A program made the position numbers and the translations under genes. From Candidatus Kapaibacterium sp. (GTDB taxonomy: Bacteria > Bacteroidota > Ignavibacteria > Kapaibacteriales > NICIL-2), in assembly GCA_046297095.1 (NCBI GenBank), contig JBKCNS010000051.1, forward strand, positions 9,958-73,957: a DNA stretch of 64,000 nucleotides, given 5' to 3'. The notes under the pieces are model-generated. The model had not been told where the DNA came from. It made no database searches and saw nothing but the letters and a program-made list of their open reading frames with translations. Of the stretch, positions 1-8,518 are shown piece by piece; position 1 is the stretch's first letter; each line of letters begins with the position of its first letter.

Positions 1-65
1 CGCATGTGTATGGTGCGGTCGTTCACGCACTTGGCCGCATTCGAAAAAGTACGACCGGGAGATGA
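1..65 (+). CDS. rnpA: 3' end of upstream gene, probably ribonuclease P protein component (partial)
   Basis: Open frame from position 3 ([20 protein letters not shown]) whose TGA (63-65) overlaps the yidD ATG (ATGA). The identity rests only on conserved rnpA-yidD-yidC synteny. Confidence 0.5.
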   Translation, partial: HVYGAVVHALGRIRKSTTGR

Positions 66-271
66 AAACACTTTTACTCATCATCCTGCGTTTTTACAAG
101 CGCTATATCTCGCCGATGCTGGGTCAGAACTGCAGGTTTTCTCCCACGTGTTCGGAGTATGCGATTGTTGCAATTGATAGATATGGTGCACTAAAAGGCA
201 CTGGCTTGGCACTCAAGCGTATTGGCCGCTGCCATCCGTTTCATCCCGGTGGCATCGACGAAGTTCCGTAG
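62..271 (+). CDS. yidD: Membrane protein insertion efficiency factor YidD
   Basis: 69 aa with [18 protein letters not shown] and [17 protein letters not shown] signature; immediately upstream of yidC. Confidence 0.95.
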   Translation: MKTLLLIILRFYKRYISPMLGQNCRFSPTCSEYAIVAIDRYGALKGTGLALKRIGRCHPFHPGGIDEVP

Positions 272-367
272 CTTGAATCTGGTCTTTGCAGTTGTCGTTG
301 CTGTTGTTTTTGAAGTTATTGTCGTCGTCATCACCTTCTTTACCACGTTAGAGTTTTACGGACCTTT

Positions 368-2173
368 ATGGACAGACAATCAATCATCGGTTTCGTTCTC
401 ATTGCCATCATTATCACGGTATGGATGGTGTATAATTCATCGCATACAATGCCTGTGCAGCCGGCGCCGGCAGCCGCCCGACAAGCTGCTCCGGGCGAGG
501 CCAAAGCTCCGCCAAGCACTGCATCATTGCAGAGCAGCACTCCCGCCGTGGTATCGGCACCCGAGAAACTGGTAAAAGTGGAAACGGATAAGTACACCGC
601 ATGGATAAGCTCTAAAGGCATGACTATTGCCCGTTTTGAGCTCAAGGGTTTTCAGTCTCATATCAATACTCCCGTTCAATTGATTAAGCAGGGCGAGCAT
701 GCATTGGGACTCACTTTTACGGGAAATCAAGGCAAGCCGGTAGACACACGTAAGCTGGACGCAACATTTATTGATCTTCCCTCTGAACCGATTGTGCTTA
801 CGGGCACTGCCGCCAAAACTTTGCGAAGCCGCATGGATATTGGTAACGGTGCGTCCATTGAGCGCACGCTAACCTTTACGGGCAATGTATACCATATCGA
901 CGCAGGCTTTACCCTGACGAACATGGATAATGCTATGCCGTCCACACAGCGCTGGTTCGATATAGCGTGGGAGCGGGGACTGCAATATCAGGAAGGCAAC
1001 AGTGTAGAAGAGTCCAACGGATCTATTGCTTATGCATCCATGAATGGTTCGCTGGAGGAACTCGATGCACCCAATTACAACGAGCCGGTGTCATCGCACC
1101 AGTCGGGCAAAGTGGACTTCATCGGAACCAAGACCAAGTATTTTTCCGTTGCTCTGCTGAACCCTAACTCGAAGGGCGAAGACACCTACTACCTTGATGG
1201 CGTGCGCTACGGTGCGCCGGACAATGGTGCAGTTGAGGAATATTCCTTCTCGCTTCGAGTACCGTACAGAGGCGGTGTACAAGCCTCGCAATACCGGTTG
1301 TACCTGGGCCCGCTGGACTACGACATAGTGAAAGAATATGGCATGGCTTCTACCGTGAACTTCGGTTGGAAGTGGTTGGTGCGTCCCATTGGCGAGTTCT
1401 TCATGCTTCCGGTGTTCACAACCATCTACAAGTTTTTGCCAAACTTCGGCGTTGCCATTATTGTGTTCTCGCTGTTGATGAAGCTTCTGTTGTATCCATT
1501 GTCCATCGGACAAATTCAATCTGCCCAGAAAATGAAAGTGCTGCAACCGGAGGTAGAGAAGTTGCGCAAGAAATTCGCAGACGATCCCACCGGTATGCAG
1601 CAAGCGCAAATGAAACTCTTTGGCGAGTATGGCATTAACCCCATGGGCGGATGTTTGCCCCTGCTGCTGCAGATGCCTATTCTTTATGCACTGTACTCGG
1701 TACTTACTTCGAACATTCACATGCGCCAGGCAATGTTTGTGCAAGGATGGATTCCGGATCTCTCCGTGCCCGATTATATCCTTACGCTACCGTTTTCTGT
1801 ACTTGGTGTTCATGCACTATCGGGAATGGCACTTATCATGGGCATCACCATGTTTGTACAACAGAAAATGACTGTGACGGATCCCAGCCAGAAAGCAATG
1901 GTGTACATGATGCCGGTGATGATGACCATGATGTTCTCCAATCTGCCTTCGGGATTAAATCTCTATTACCTCACATTCAACTTCCTTGGTATTGCCCAAC
2001 AAGTGTACATGACCAAATTCTCGAAGAGCAAGATTACCCTGGAGGATTTGAAACGCATGCCAAAGAAAGAGTCGTGGTTGCAAAAGCGATTACAAATGGC
2101 TCAAGAGCTGGCCGAAGCACAAGGCCGTATGCCGCAGCAGCAGAAACGCGCACCGAAGCGCTCAAAGAAATAA
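368..2173 (+). CDS. yidC: Membrane protein insertase YidC
   Basis: 601 aa. N-terminal TM (MDRQSIIGFVLI), periplasmic domain, NFGVAIIVFSLLMKLLLYPL, GGCLPLLLQMPILYALY and PSGLNLYY motifs. Confidence 0.97.
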   Translation: MDRQSIIGFVLIAIIITVWMVYNSSHTMPVQPAPAAARQAAPGEAKAPPSTASLQSSTPAVVSAPEKLVKVETDKYTAWISSKGMTIARFELKGFQSHINTPVQLIKQGEHALGLTFTGNQGKPVDTRKLDATFIDLPSEPIVLTGTAAKTLRSRMDIGNGASIERTLTFTGNVYHIDAGFTLTNMDNAMPSTQRWFDIAWERGLQYQEGNSVEESNGSIAYASMNGSLEELDAPNYNEPVSSHQSGKVDFIGTKTKYFSVALLNPNSKGEDTYYLDGVRYGAPDNGAVEEYSFSLRVPYRGGVQASQYRLYLGPLDYDIVKEYGMASTVNFGWKWLVRPIGEFFMLPVFTTIYKFLPNFGVAIIVFSLLMKLLLYPLSIGQIQSAQKMKVLQPEVEKLRKKFADDPTGMQQAQMKLFGEYGINPMGGCLPLLLQMPILYALYSVLTSNIHMRQAMFVQGWIPDLSVPDYILTLPFSVLGVHALSGMALIMGITMFVQQKMTVTDPSQKAMVYMMPVMMTMMFSNLPSGLNLYYLTFNFLGIAQQVYMTKFSKSKITLEDLKRMPKKESWLQKRLQMAQELAEAQGRMPQQQKRAPKRSKK

Positions 2174-2239
2174 ATCAGAATCGTATGTCGTTTGCATGAT
2201 GCGCAAACGTTGCACCCGGCACCAATGAATCTTTACACC

Positions 2240-2270
2240 AAGGCCTCCTAAATCTGGGAGGCCTTTGTTG
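2240..2270 (+). terminator. Intrinsic terminator after yidC
   Basis: Stem AAGGCCTCC / GGAGGCCTT with an 8-nt loop, followed by TGTTG. Confidence 0.7.
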
Positions 2271-2277
2271 TATATTG
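2271..2277 (+). promoter_or_regulatory. Bacteroidota-type -7 element, short variant TATATTG
   Basis: The same TAnnTT(T)G motif recurs upstream of at least 11 starts or leaders in the window. Confidence 0.5.
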
Positions 2278-2289
2278 CCGCGTACCACG

Positions 2290-3267
2290 ATGCTTTATCC
2301 TGCCATGGCTTCTTCGCGATTTCGGTATATCGAACTGCGCAAAAGCACTGCTTCTCAACTGGTGCTTTTCTTCGCCATTCTGGTAGCTACCTCGTTTATC
2401 TTGTTCCGCGGTGCGGTCATACCGGCTGCTAGTGCATTATTCCGCGATTCGTTCAAAGCCGACGTTTATACGCAAGGTGACAACCTCAATGCATGGACTC
2501 GTTGGAAAGTAGTAGTGGAGCCCGGACGAGCAACAGGCGGCAATACGTACGGTGAGGAGAACGAAACGAAGGTGTATTACTTCGATCCTGTGCTTGCTAC
2601 GCTACCCTTGGTATTCGGCGCGGGAGCATTCATTGCCGTTATTGCCTGCGCTGTAGTGGCACCGGGAATAGGACTCATTCGCCAAAAAATTGAACGAGAA
2701 ATTATCAATGCACTTCATCACTATGCGCGCATCGAGTATGCGGAGCATACCGACGAAGATCTACTGGAACTTTCCGAGACCATTGCCAAAGCCGATGTTC
2801 ATCGCCTTCATGAACTTGAAGATCATTGGCACACTACGGTAGCAGACCTGGAAACATTGCAGCGTGCCGTGCTGTGGCGCCGACGCTCGTTGTTCGGACG
2901 CCTTGTGCATCTTCCGGATGTGTTGTCGTTATATATGCAGCAGCACTTCACCATCCGGTACGAGAATTCCATGATGGGGTTGATCTACATAGGTGCTGCC
3001 GTATTGATCATTATCATCGGTTTGCGCGGCTTACAGTTTATTCCCAAAGATTCTCCCTCGCTGGTGCTCTTTGCCATTAGTCTGGAGTTTATTCTGCTTA
3101 TCGTGTATGCCTTCACGCTGATGTACACCAAAGCAGAGAACAAGACCGAATCGGCGGACATGGGTATGTCCGAGATGCACACCATGTTTGGTGCTTCGCC
3201 AACGGGATCATCCAGCCGGCAGGCAGAAAAACTCTTACGCATGTTTGTGTCCGGTCCGCGTTCATAG
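2290..3267 (+). CDS. Four-TM membrane protein with C-terminal GldL/PorL-like hairpin (hypothetical)
   Basis: ORF 2275-3267; ATG 2290 or 2305 is more likely than TTG 2275 given the TATATTG box at 2271. Two N-terminal hydrophobic segments, then YIGAAVLIIIIGLR...ISLEFILLIVYAF, which resembles the GldL TM1-TM2 consensus. Confidence 0.7.
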   Translation: MLYPAMASSRFRYIELRKSTASQLVLFFAILVATSFILFRGAVIPAASALFRDSFKADVYTQGDNLNAWTRWKVVVEPGRATGGNTYGEENETKVYYFDPVLATLPLVFGAGAFIAVIACAVVAPGIGLIRQKIEREIINALHHYARIEYAEHTDEDLLELSETIAKADVHRLHELEDHWHTTVADLETLQRAVLWRRRSLFGRLVHLPDVLSLYMQQHFTIRYENSMMGLIYIGAAVLIIIIGLRGLQFIPKDSPSLVLFAISLEFILLIVYAFTLMYTKAENKTESADMGMSEMHTMFGASPTGSSSRQAEKLLRMFVSGPRS

Positions 3268-3317
3268 GCAAAGACGAGGAAGCGCCATCGTTCATTCTCA
3301 CAATGGTATAGGCCAGT

Positions 3318-5366
3318 ATGCCACATCAATCACACACACTTATAGCTCGAGTATCCGAAGCGGATTTTCTACGGTCGGCAAAAGAGAGTGCGCGCGCCAC
3401 ACACGGCCGGGTACTGGTGGTAAAGGGCGAGAGTGGATTCGGGAAATCGCTTCTGATGCAAACGATATGCGATGAATTCTCTGCTGCCGGTCAAGTGAAT
3501 GCCATTGTGCTGGAATGCGAGGCTCCGATAGGCAAGCTTAGTGTGTCGTCGCTGCAAACCATGCAGCCCTTTGTGCGCGCACTTGAAGCGCTTGTAAACT
3601 TGAACAGTACGGCTGCAAAAAAGAGATTAGCGATGAACATCGGCTTGTCTGTGTTGGGACTCATACCGTTTGCAGGCGCCATCTTCGACATGACCAAAGA
3701 GGTAATGCGCGACCTTCGCGAATACCGCAGAGAGCAAGAAAAAGCAGGAGCTAAAAGCGCGATAGAAACCGTCATGAACGATCTGCTTCAATCGTTCATT
3801 GCTATTGCCGCCGAGAAGCCTTTTGTGCTGTTCTTGGATGAAGCCCATCGCATGGATGCAGAGTCGTTTCGCTTTTTGTCGTTTTTGCAAAGCTCGCCTA
3901 CCCCATTGCCCTTTAGTGTGGTGGTGGCAATACAGCAAGCGGAGGCTGAGAAGAACAATCCCGCATGCATGGCATGGCTGAATAGCAACAGCGCAGAGAG
4001 TTCCATTACCCTTGGCGCTTTTGATGCCGATGCAGTGCGCGCTTGCGTGCGCTCGTATTTCCCGGGCAAGACATCACTAGCCGGTTTGGACGATTGGCTG
4101 CTGCGTCGCACTGCCGGCGTGCCTATAGCCGTGTGCGAGTACCTGGAGTATTTCTCAGCCCACTCGCCATTCAAGGATGATGGCAACTTGGATATCGACG
4201 TACTGTCGTCACAGGCAATTCCGGCATCGCTGCAGGCTTTGCTCTCAAGAAATATCGATGGTCTCTCGGAGCACGACGCAAATCTTCTGGCTATGTGCAG
4301 TGCGGAGGGTCGGGAGTTCAGTGTGTTTGTGATTGCACGACTGATGAACACCGATGTGTTAAGCGCGCTTCGCGAGTTGAAGTCGTTGCAGTTTCGCACC
4401 GGGTTGATACGCAGCACCGGCCCGCAGCCCCGATACGGCATGAAGACTACCGTATACGAGTTTTCTCAAGCAGTACATCATGCGTTGTTCTATGCCAAGC
4501 TTGAACACGAGGAACGGGTTGAGCTGCACGATCGCATAGCACATATTCTCCGTGAGTGTTTTGATGCTTCTTCAGAGGAGCAATTGCAACAGCAGTTGGC
4601 GCCCTACATCGCGGCACATGCATTAGAGGCGGGCGATGAAGACACAGCCCGCGCAATGCTGATGATTACCGCGCAAGGCGCAGCAGACCTGGGCTACGCG
4701 GGAGTGATTGACGAAGTAACTTCCGTGATCCGGGATTTCCGCGAAGCGCAAAGCGAGCAGGTGCTACAGGCACTTTCTTCGCTTCGCGTGGATGCTGATA
4801 CAAGCGACACTGACAGCGCAACAGTGCTGCACGGCAGCGGCACACGCGAGCTCGATGCCGCGTGCTTTGCTGTGCGTGACAAAGCTTTGGATTTATTCCT
4901 TAGTGGAGATGCCGGTGCTGCTGCGGAAGTGTTACAGAGGTTTTGTGAACAGTGGGAAGGTTTGCTGAGCGTTCGAGACTTCGTGCTCTTGTACGCGATG
5001 CGCGCGCGATGCGAATCGGTAGCCGGCAGAACGGATCTTGCAGCAGACATGGTGAAGACAGCTCAAGAGATGCTACTCCGTGCACCCAATGCAGACTCTC
5101 AGTGCATACTGGACAATGTGGCAGGTACTGTGGCGTACGACCAGGGAAAATCTTCGGAAGGTTTGTACCATTTGCAGCAAGCTGCCCGTGCTGCAGCATC
5201 TGCCGGCGACGACTGCCGACTCCTAACGGTGACAAACATCGCGTTTGCGGTTCGGTCTGTAAATCAACGTCAGTACCGCATCTTCCACCGCATGGCGCAT
5301 CAGTTATGTAGTGCGTTGCATTATCATGAATTTCGCGCAGCTATATTGGAAGACGCCAAGAACTAA
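3318..5366 (+). CDS. STAND-class (AAA_16-like) ATPase with C-terminal helical/TPR-like region
   Basis: 682 aa. Walker A GESGFGKS, Walker B LFLDEAH, TAGVP (GxP), IPASLQALL, YEFSQAVHH and AAHALEAGD match MalT/LuxR/cyclase-type STAND modules. Confidence 0.8.
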   Translation: MPHQSHTLIARVSEADFLRSAKESARATHGRVLVVKGESGFGKSLLMQTICDEFSAAGQVNAIVLECEAPIGKLSVSSLQTMQPFVRALEALVNLNSTAAKKRLAMNIGLSVLGLIPFAGAIFDMTKEVMRDLREYRREQEKAGAKSAIETVMNDLLQSFIAIAAEKPFVLFLDEAHRMDAESFRFLSFLQSSPTPLPFSVVVAIQQAEAEKNNPACMAWLNSNSAESSITLGAFDADAVRACVRSYFPGKTSLAGLDDWLLRRTAGVPIAVCEYLEYFSAHSPFKDDGNLDIDVLSSQAIPASLQALLSRNIDGLSEHDANLLAMCSAEGREFSVFVIARLMNTDVLSALRELKSLQFRTGLIRSTGPQPRYGMKTTVYEFSQAVHHALFYAKLEHEERVELHDRIAHILRECFDASSEEQLQQQLAPYIAAHALEAGDEDTARAMLMITAQGAADLGYAGVIDEVTSVIRDFREAQSEQVLQALSSLRVDADTSDTDSATVLHGSGTRELDAACFAVRDKALDLFLSGDAGAAAEVLQRFCEQWEGLLSVRDFVLLYAMRARCESVAGRTDLAADMVKTAQEMLLRAPNADSQCILDNVAGTVAYDQGKSSEGLYHLQQAARAAASAGDDCRLLTVTNIAFAVRSVNQRQYRIFHRMAHQLCSALHYHEFRAAILEDAKN

Positions 5367-5417
5367 TGCACTCGTAATGAGAACGCAGTACCGTGAGTGG
5401 TCAAGCAGTGCAGTGTG

Positions 5418-6116
5418 TTAGTACGGTATGTGAATCTCTGCCCCGCCTACGGCGAATCGGCCGCGGCCAATACCGCCCTGCCTGTATACTTGAGTGATAC
5501 ACTGCATATCCAGCATCAGCACTATCTCTCGGCGATTCGTTGCCTTCCATGCCATGACACGTGCGAACGACTCCACCGGCGAAGAAGGTGGCTTTGCCGA
5601 TGATATCGGTATGCGGGTGTATTTATACGATGGCTTTTCGGCTGTTAGAATTGTGAAGACTGTTTCTCCCTTATGCAACCACTGCCAGCCTTCTCCGTGA
5701 ACCGGAAGTGAATCCAAACGTATTTGAATGCTACGCACATTCAGTTCACGAGCGTCAAAGGGATCTTTCACCAAAGGCGAAAACGATACATTCATACTGA
5801 GCTTAGGCACTGTACCGGTGGTATCTACCACAAACGAAGATGAGTCTGTAATGCCCAAGTACGGTGCGCGATTGCTGAACACCATAGGCATATACTCAGA
5901 GCCTACGTCGTCGAGTAGCACCATAGACGCCGATGTGGAGTCTTGAGACACAACAGCCGGTTTGGGATGTACGGGCTTTCCATCTACAGGTCCGGTAATA
6001 GGATCTTTGAAACAACCGATCATCACCAGAGCCGGTAGTAGCACTATTGCCCACAGTTTGCGCGTACTCGATAGCGCATTTGTAGTTGTATGTACCTTCA
6101 ATCTCAACTTCATCAT
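5418..6116 (-). CDS. Hypothetical lipoprotein
   Basis: 232 aa. Basic N-terminus, hydrophobic stretch and lipobox-like VMIG-C; third gene of the sigma/anti-sigma unit. Confidence 0.65.
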   Translation of the reverse strand: MMKLRLKVHTTTNALSSTRKLWAIVLLPALVMIGCFKDPITGPVDGKPVHPKPAVVSQDSTSASMVLLDDVGSEYMPMVFSNRAPYLGITDSSSFVVDTTGTVPKLSMNVSFSPLVKDPFDARELNVRSIQIRLDSLPVHGEGWQWLHKGETVFTILTAEKPSYKYTRIPISSAKPPSSPVESFARVMAWKATNRREIVLMLDMQCITQVYRQGGIGRGRFAVGGAEIHIPY

Positions 6117-6224
6117 TTCCGTTCAACGATTGCTCGTTGCCTCGTGTTAGTATTCGTCGTATATCTGCTTATCTCTAAATTCTCGCGTCTGCTGCTGCGG
6201 CCGCGATTACTGCCTAGTACTATT

Positions 6225-7445
6225 CTACAACTGATAACCAATGCCGTAAGTAATGCCCAGCTTTGGTGTGGTGTATGATGTTCCCTGTACATTATAGAAC
6301 AAGCCCGTGGTCTCGAAGCCGAACATCATGCGAAGGTTCGTGGTGGGCGCGTAGGTAGTGCCAAACAAACCTTTGCCCAAAAATCCGTAATTGGTGAAGC
6401 CGCCGTTGAACTGGAAGAAGGGCTGCCAGCCGCGTTCGCGCAGGGATGGAAATGGGTACAACTGCGCTTGAGCTGAGCCCCACAGCAGGTTCTGCGTGGA
6501 TTCATATCGCATCAAGTTACCGTCGGAGATTCCCCGGAACGACATCACAAAGGGCTCGCGGCCAATCTCGACACCGGCACCGAACCAATCGTTGAAGGTA
6601 TAGAAAACACTCAGTGCCAGATTATTCAAGCCGCCGTCGTTTGCTGCGGCTGCGGCAACATCAACCGTGGATGCAGCGCTTATTGATCGCAGCGACACGG
6701 AGAAGGTACGGGCAAAAGAGCGTGGTATGACATCATTGCCGTGAAGTTCACGTTCGCCATTCACCACTTCGGGTAATGGAGTTGATTCAGGTTCGTTTCG
6801 GCGAATAGTAATGGAAGCAGGGCGTGTTGGAGCAAGATTTGATTCCATCACTTCCGGGGCTACTGCAAGCGAGGGCTGCGATGCAACTGTTTGCTCTGCA
6901 GGCTTGGCAGGCTCGGCAGACGCCACCGGCACGCGCTCAATTACTTTCTGCGTTTTCACCACAACTATCGTGTCGTGAACAATTACTGTATTCGAAGCAT
7001 TCGATCTATTCGATGTGGTTGCCACAACTGCTGCATTCGATGCAACCGGAGCTGATATGGCTGCTGCGGTCTGCGCGCTTGCAGGCACCCTGCTCTGCGC
7101 GGTGCCCGGCGATACCGCATACCACGTCACGGCACCGCTCACCGCAGCTGCGGCCAGCGGAACCCAAACTTTCGACCACAATGCAGAGAGCCAACCTTCG
7201 CTGACAAGCAACGACGTAGACATTCCCAAAGCACCAAACACGGCGGCAGTTGATGCTATAGGAGGAACGATTGCCGCACGATCGCGCTTCACTGCGCGCT
7301 GCATGGCAAGCAGGTCCCGCATTTCCGAACGAAGCTCGGTGCTGGAATTCAGCTCTGCAAACAGCGTGGGTTCTAGGTTTGCGTCCAGCTCCCCTTCCAC
7401 GAACGAGTGCAATAGCTCTGATGATGTTATATCCGAATGTTCCAT
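6225..7445 (-). CDS. Anti-sigma factor with TM helix, low-complexity linker and C-terminal outer-membrane beta-barrel
   Basis: 406 aa. N-terminal ELLHSFVEGELD anti-sigma-like helix, TM KVWVPLAAAAVSGAVTWY, Ala/Thr/Pro-rich linker, alternating beta-strands ending LGITYGIGYQL; directly downstream of an ECF sigma. Confidence 0.75.
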   Translation of the reverse strand: MEHSDITSSELLHSFVEGELDANLEPTLFAELNSSTELRSEMRDLLAMQRAVKRDRAAIVPPIASTAAVFGALGMSTSLLVSEGWLSALWSKVWVPLAAAAVSGAVTWYAVSPGTAQSRVPASAQTAAAISAPVASNAAVVATTSNRSNASNTVIVHDTIVVVKTQKVIERVPVASAEPAKPAEQTVASQPSLAVAPEVMESNLAPTRPASITIRRNEPESTPLPEVVNGERELHGNDVIPRSFARTFSVSLRSISAASTVDVAAAAANDGGLNNLALSVFYTFNDWFGAGVEIGREPFVMSFRGISDGNLMRYESTQNLLWGSAQAQLYPFPSLRERGWQPFFQFNGGFTNYGFLGKGLFGTTYAPTTNLRMMFGFETTGLFYNVQGTSYTTPKLGITYGIGYQL

Positions 7446-7516
7446 TGTTCACCTGTACGGTGGTAATTCAAACTCAACATGTCCCGTTGTACGGGACGTC
7501 GTAACCGACTATGCAC

Positions 7517-8092
7517 CTAACTGTTCAGATCCTGGAGATACGGTGCAAGTAACTCCCGAATTTTTTGCTTGGCACGGAAGGAACGGATCTTTGCCGTTGC
7601 TTCCGTACAGCCCACAATCTCTCCTATCTCCGCGTACGACAACCCGTCGTATTCGCGAAGCACAAAAACATCTTTGTATTCAAATGATAATTGCTCAATT
7701 GCTTTATCGATGAGCGAAAGCAACTCTTGCTTTTCGCCATCGTTGGAGCCATGTGCGCCGTGAAAATCTTCCAACTCCACAAAGCGCTGGCTTCCGTAAT
7801 CGCGTTTGGCATTCAGGCACAGGTTTCGAGCAATGCGCAGGATGTACGCCGCCACATTTGTCATGTCGCGTTCTTGCTGCGCGCTTTTGTAAAAGCGAAT
7901 GAAGGTGTCTTGAAAAACATCCTGAGCCAGATCTACATCGTTCAGCACCTTTTTGCAATAAGCAAAAATGCGCGGCGATAAGCGCGCGTAGAGCTCCTTG
8001 AACGCTGCCTCGCTAAGACGGCGATCGGAATCTGCTCCAATACGAATAAAGGAGAAGAGCTCGATCTCGGAGTATGTTTCCATTCCGTTCAT
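7517..8092 (-). CDS. ECF RNA polymerase sigma factor
   Basis: AFKELYARL, DLAQDVFQDTFIRFY (region 2), YILRIARNLCLN and VFVLREYDGLSYAEIGEIVG...KIRSFRAK (region 4). Start is likely ATG 8092 or 8083; the open frame extends to 8170. Confidence 0.93.
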   Translation of the reverse strand: MNGMETYSEIELFSFIRIGADSDRRLSEAAFKELYARLSPRIFAYCKKVLNDVDLAQDVFQDTFIRFYKSAQQERDMTNVAAYILRIARNLCLNAKRDYGSQRFVELEDFHGAHGSNDGEKQELLSLIDKAIEQLSFEYKDVFVLREYDGLSYAEIGEIVGCTEATAKIRSFRAKQKIRELLAPYLQDLNS

Positions 8093-8518
8093 TTCGAAGC
8101 AAACTACAGGATTGTGCACAATCGACCGCACCGCCGGACGCTCCGCCAAAAGCCCGCTACCGGCCACCACTTCTTGCCACCAAGCGCTTAGTTCGAATAA
8201 CCCTCGCAGAGCCTCTTGGTAACAGATTTTCGAGTGGAGTTAAACTTATAGTGGATTTTCAGCGTCATTAGAGGTCGGGCTTGGTGTAATCAACAGATAT
8301 TCATTCGGCAGACACACGTGGTTGTACGGACTATTGTGATCCAATATTCATTACCGGTTCACCATTCCGAGGTTGTGCAATTGGCGCATTGGTTGAAGTT
8401 TGCGAGCCGGTATAGAACAGAATGAAATCGCGGCAGGCACTCGGTATACCGCCGTGAATACCGTACCCACTGTACCCAAAAACGATATCAAGATTTTTTC
8501 CATCTATAAGTCGTATTC

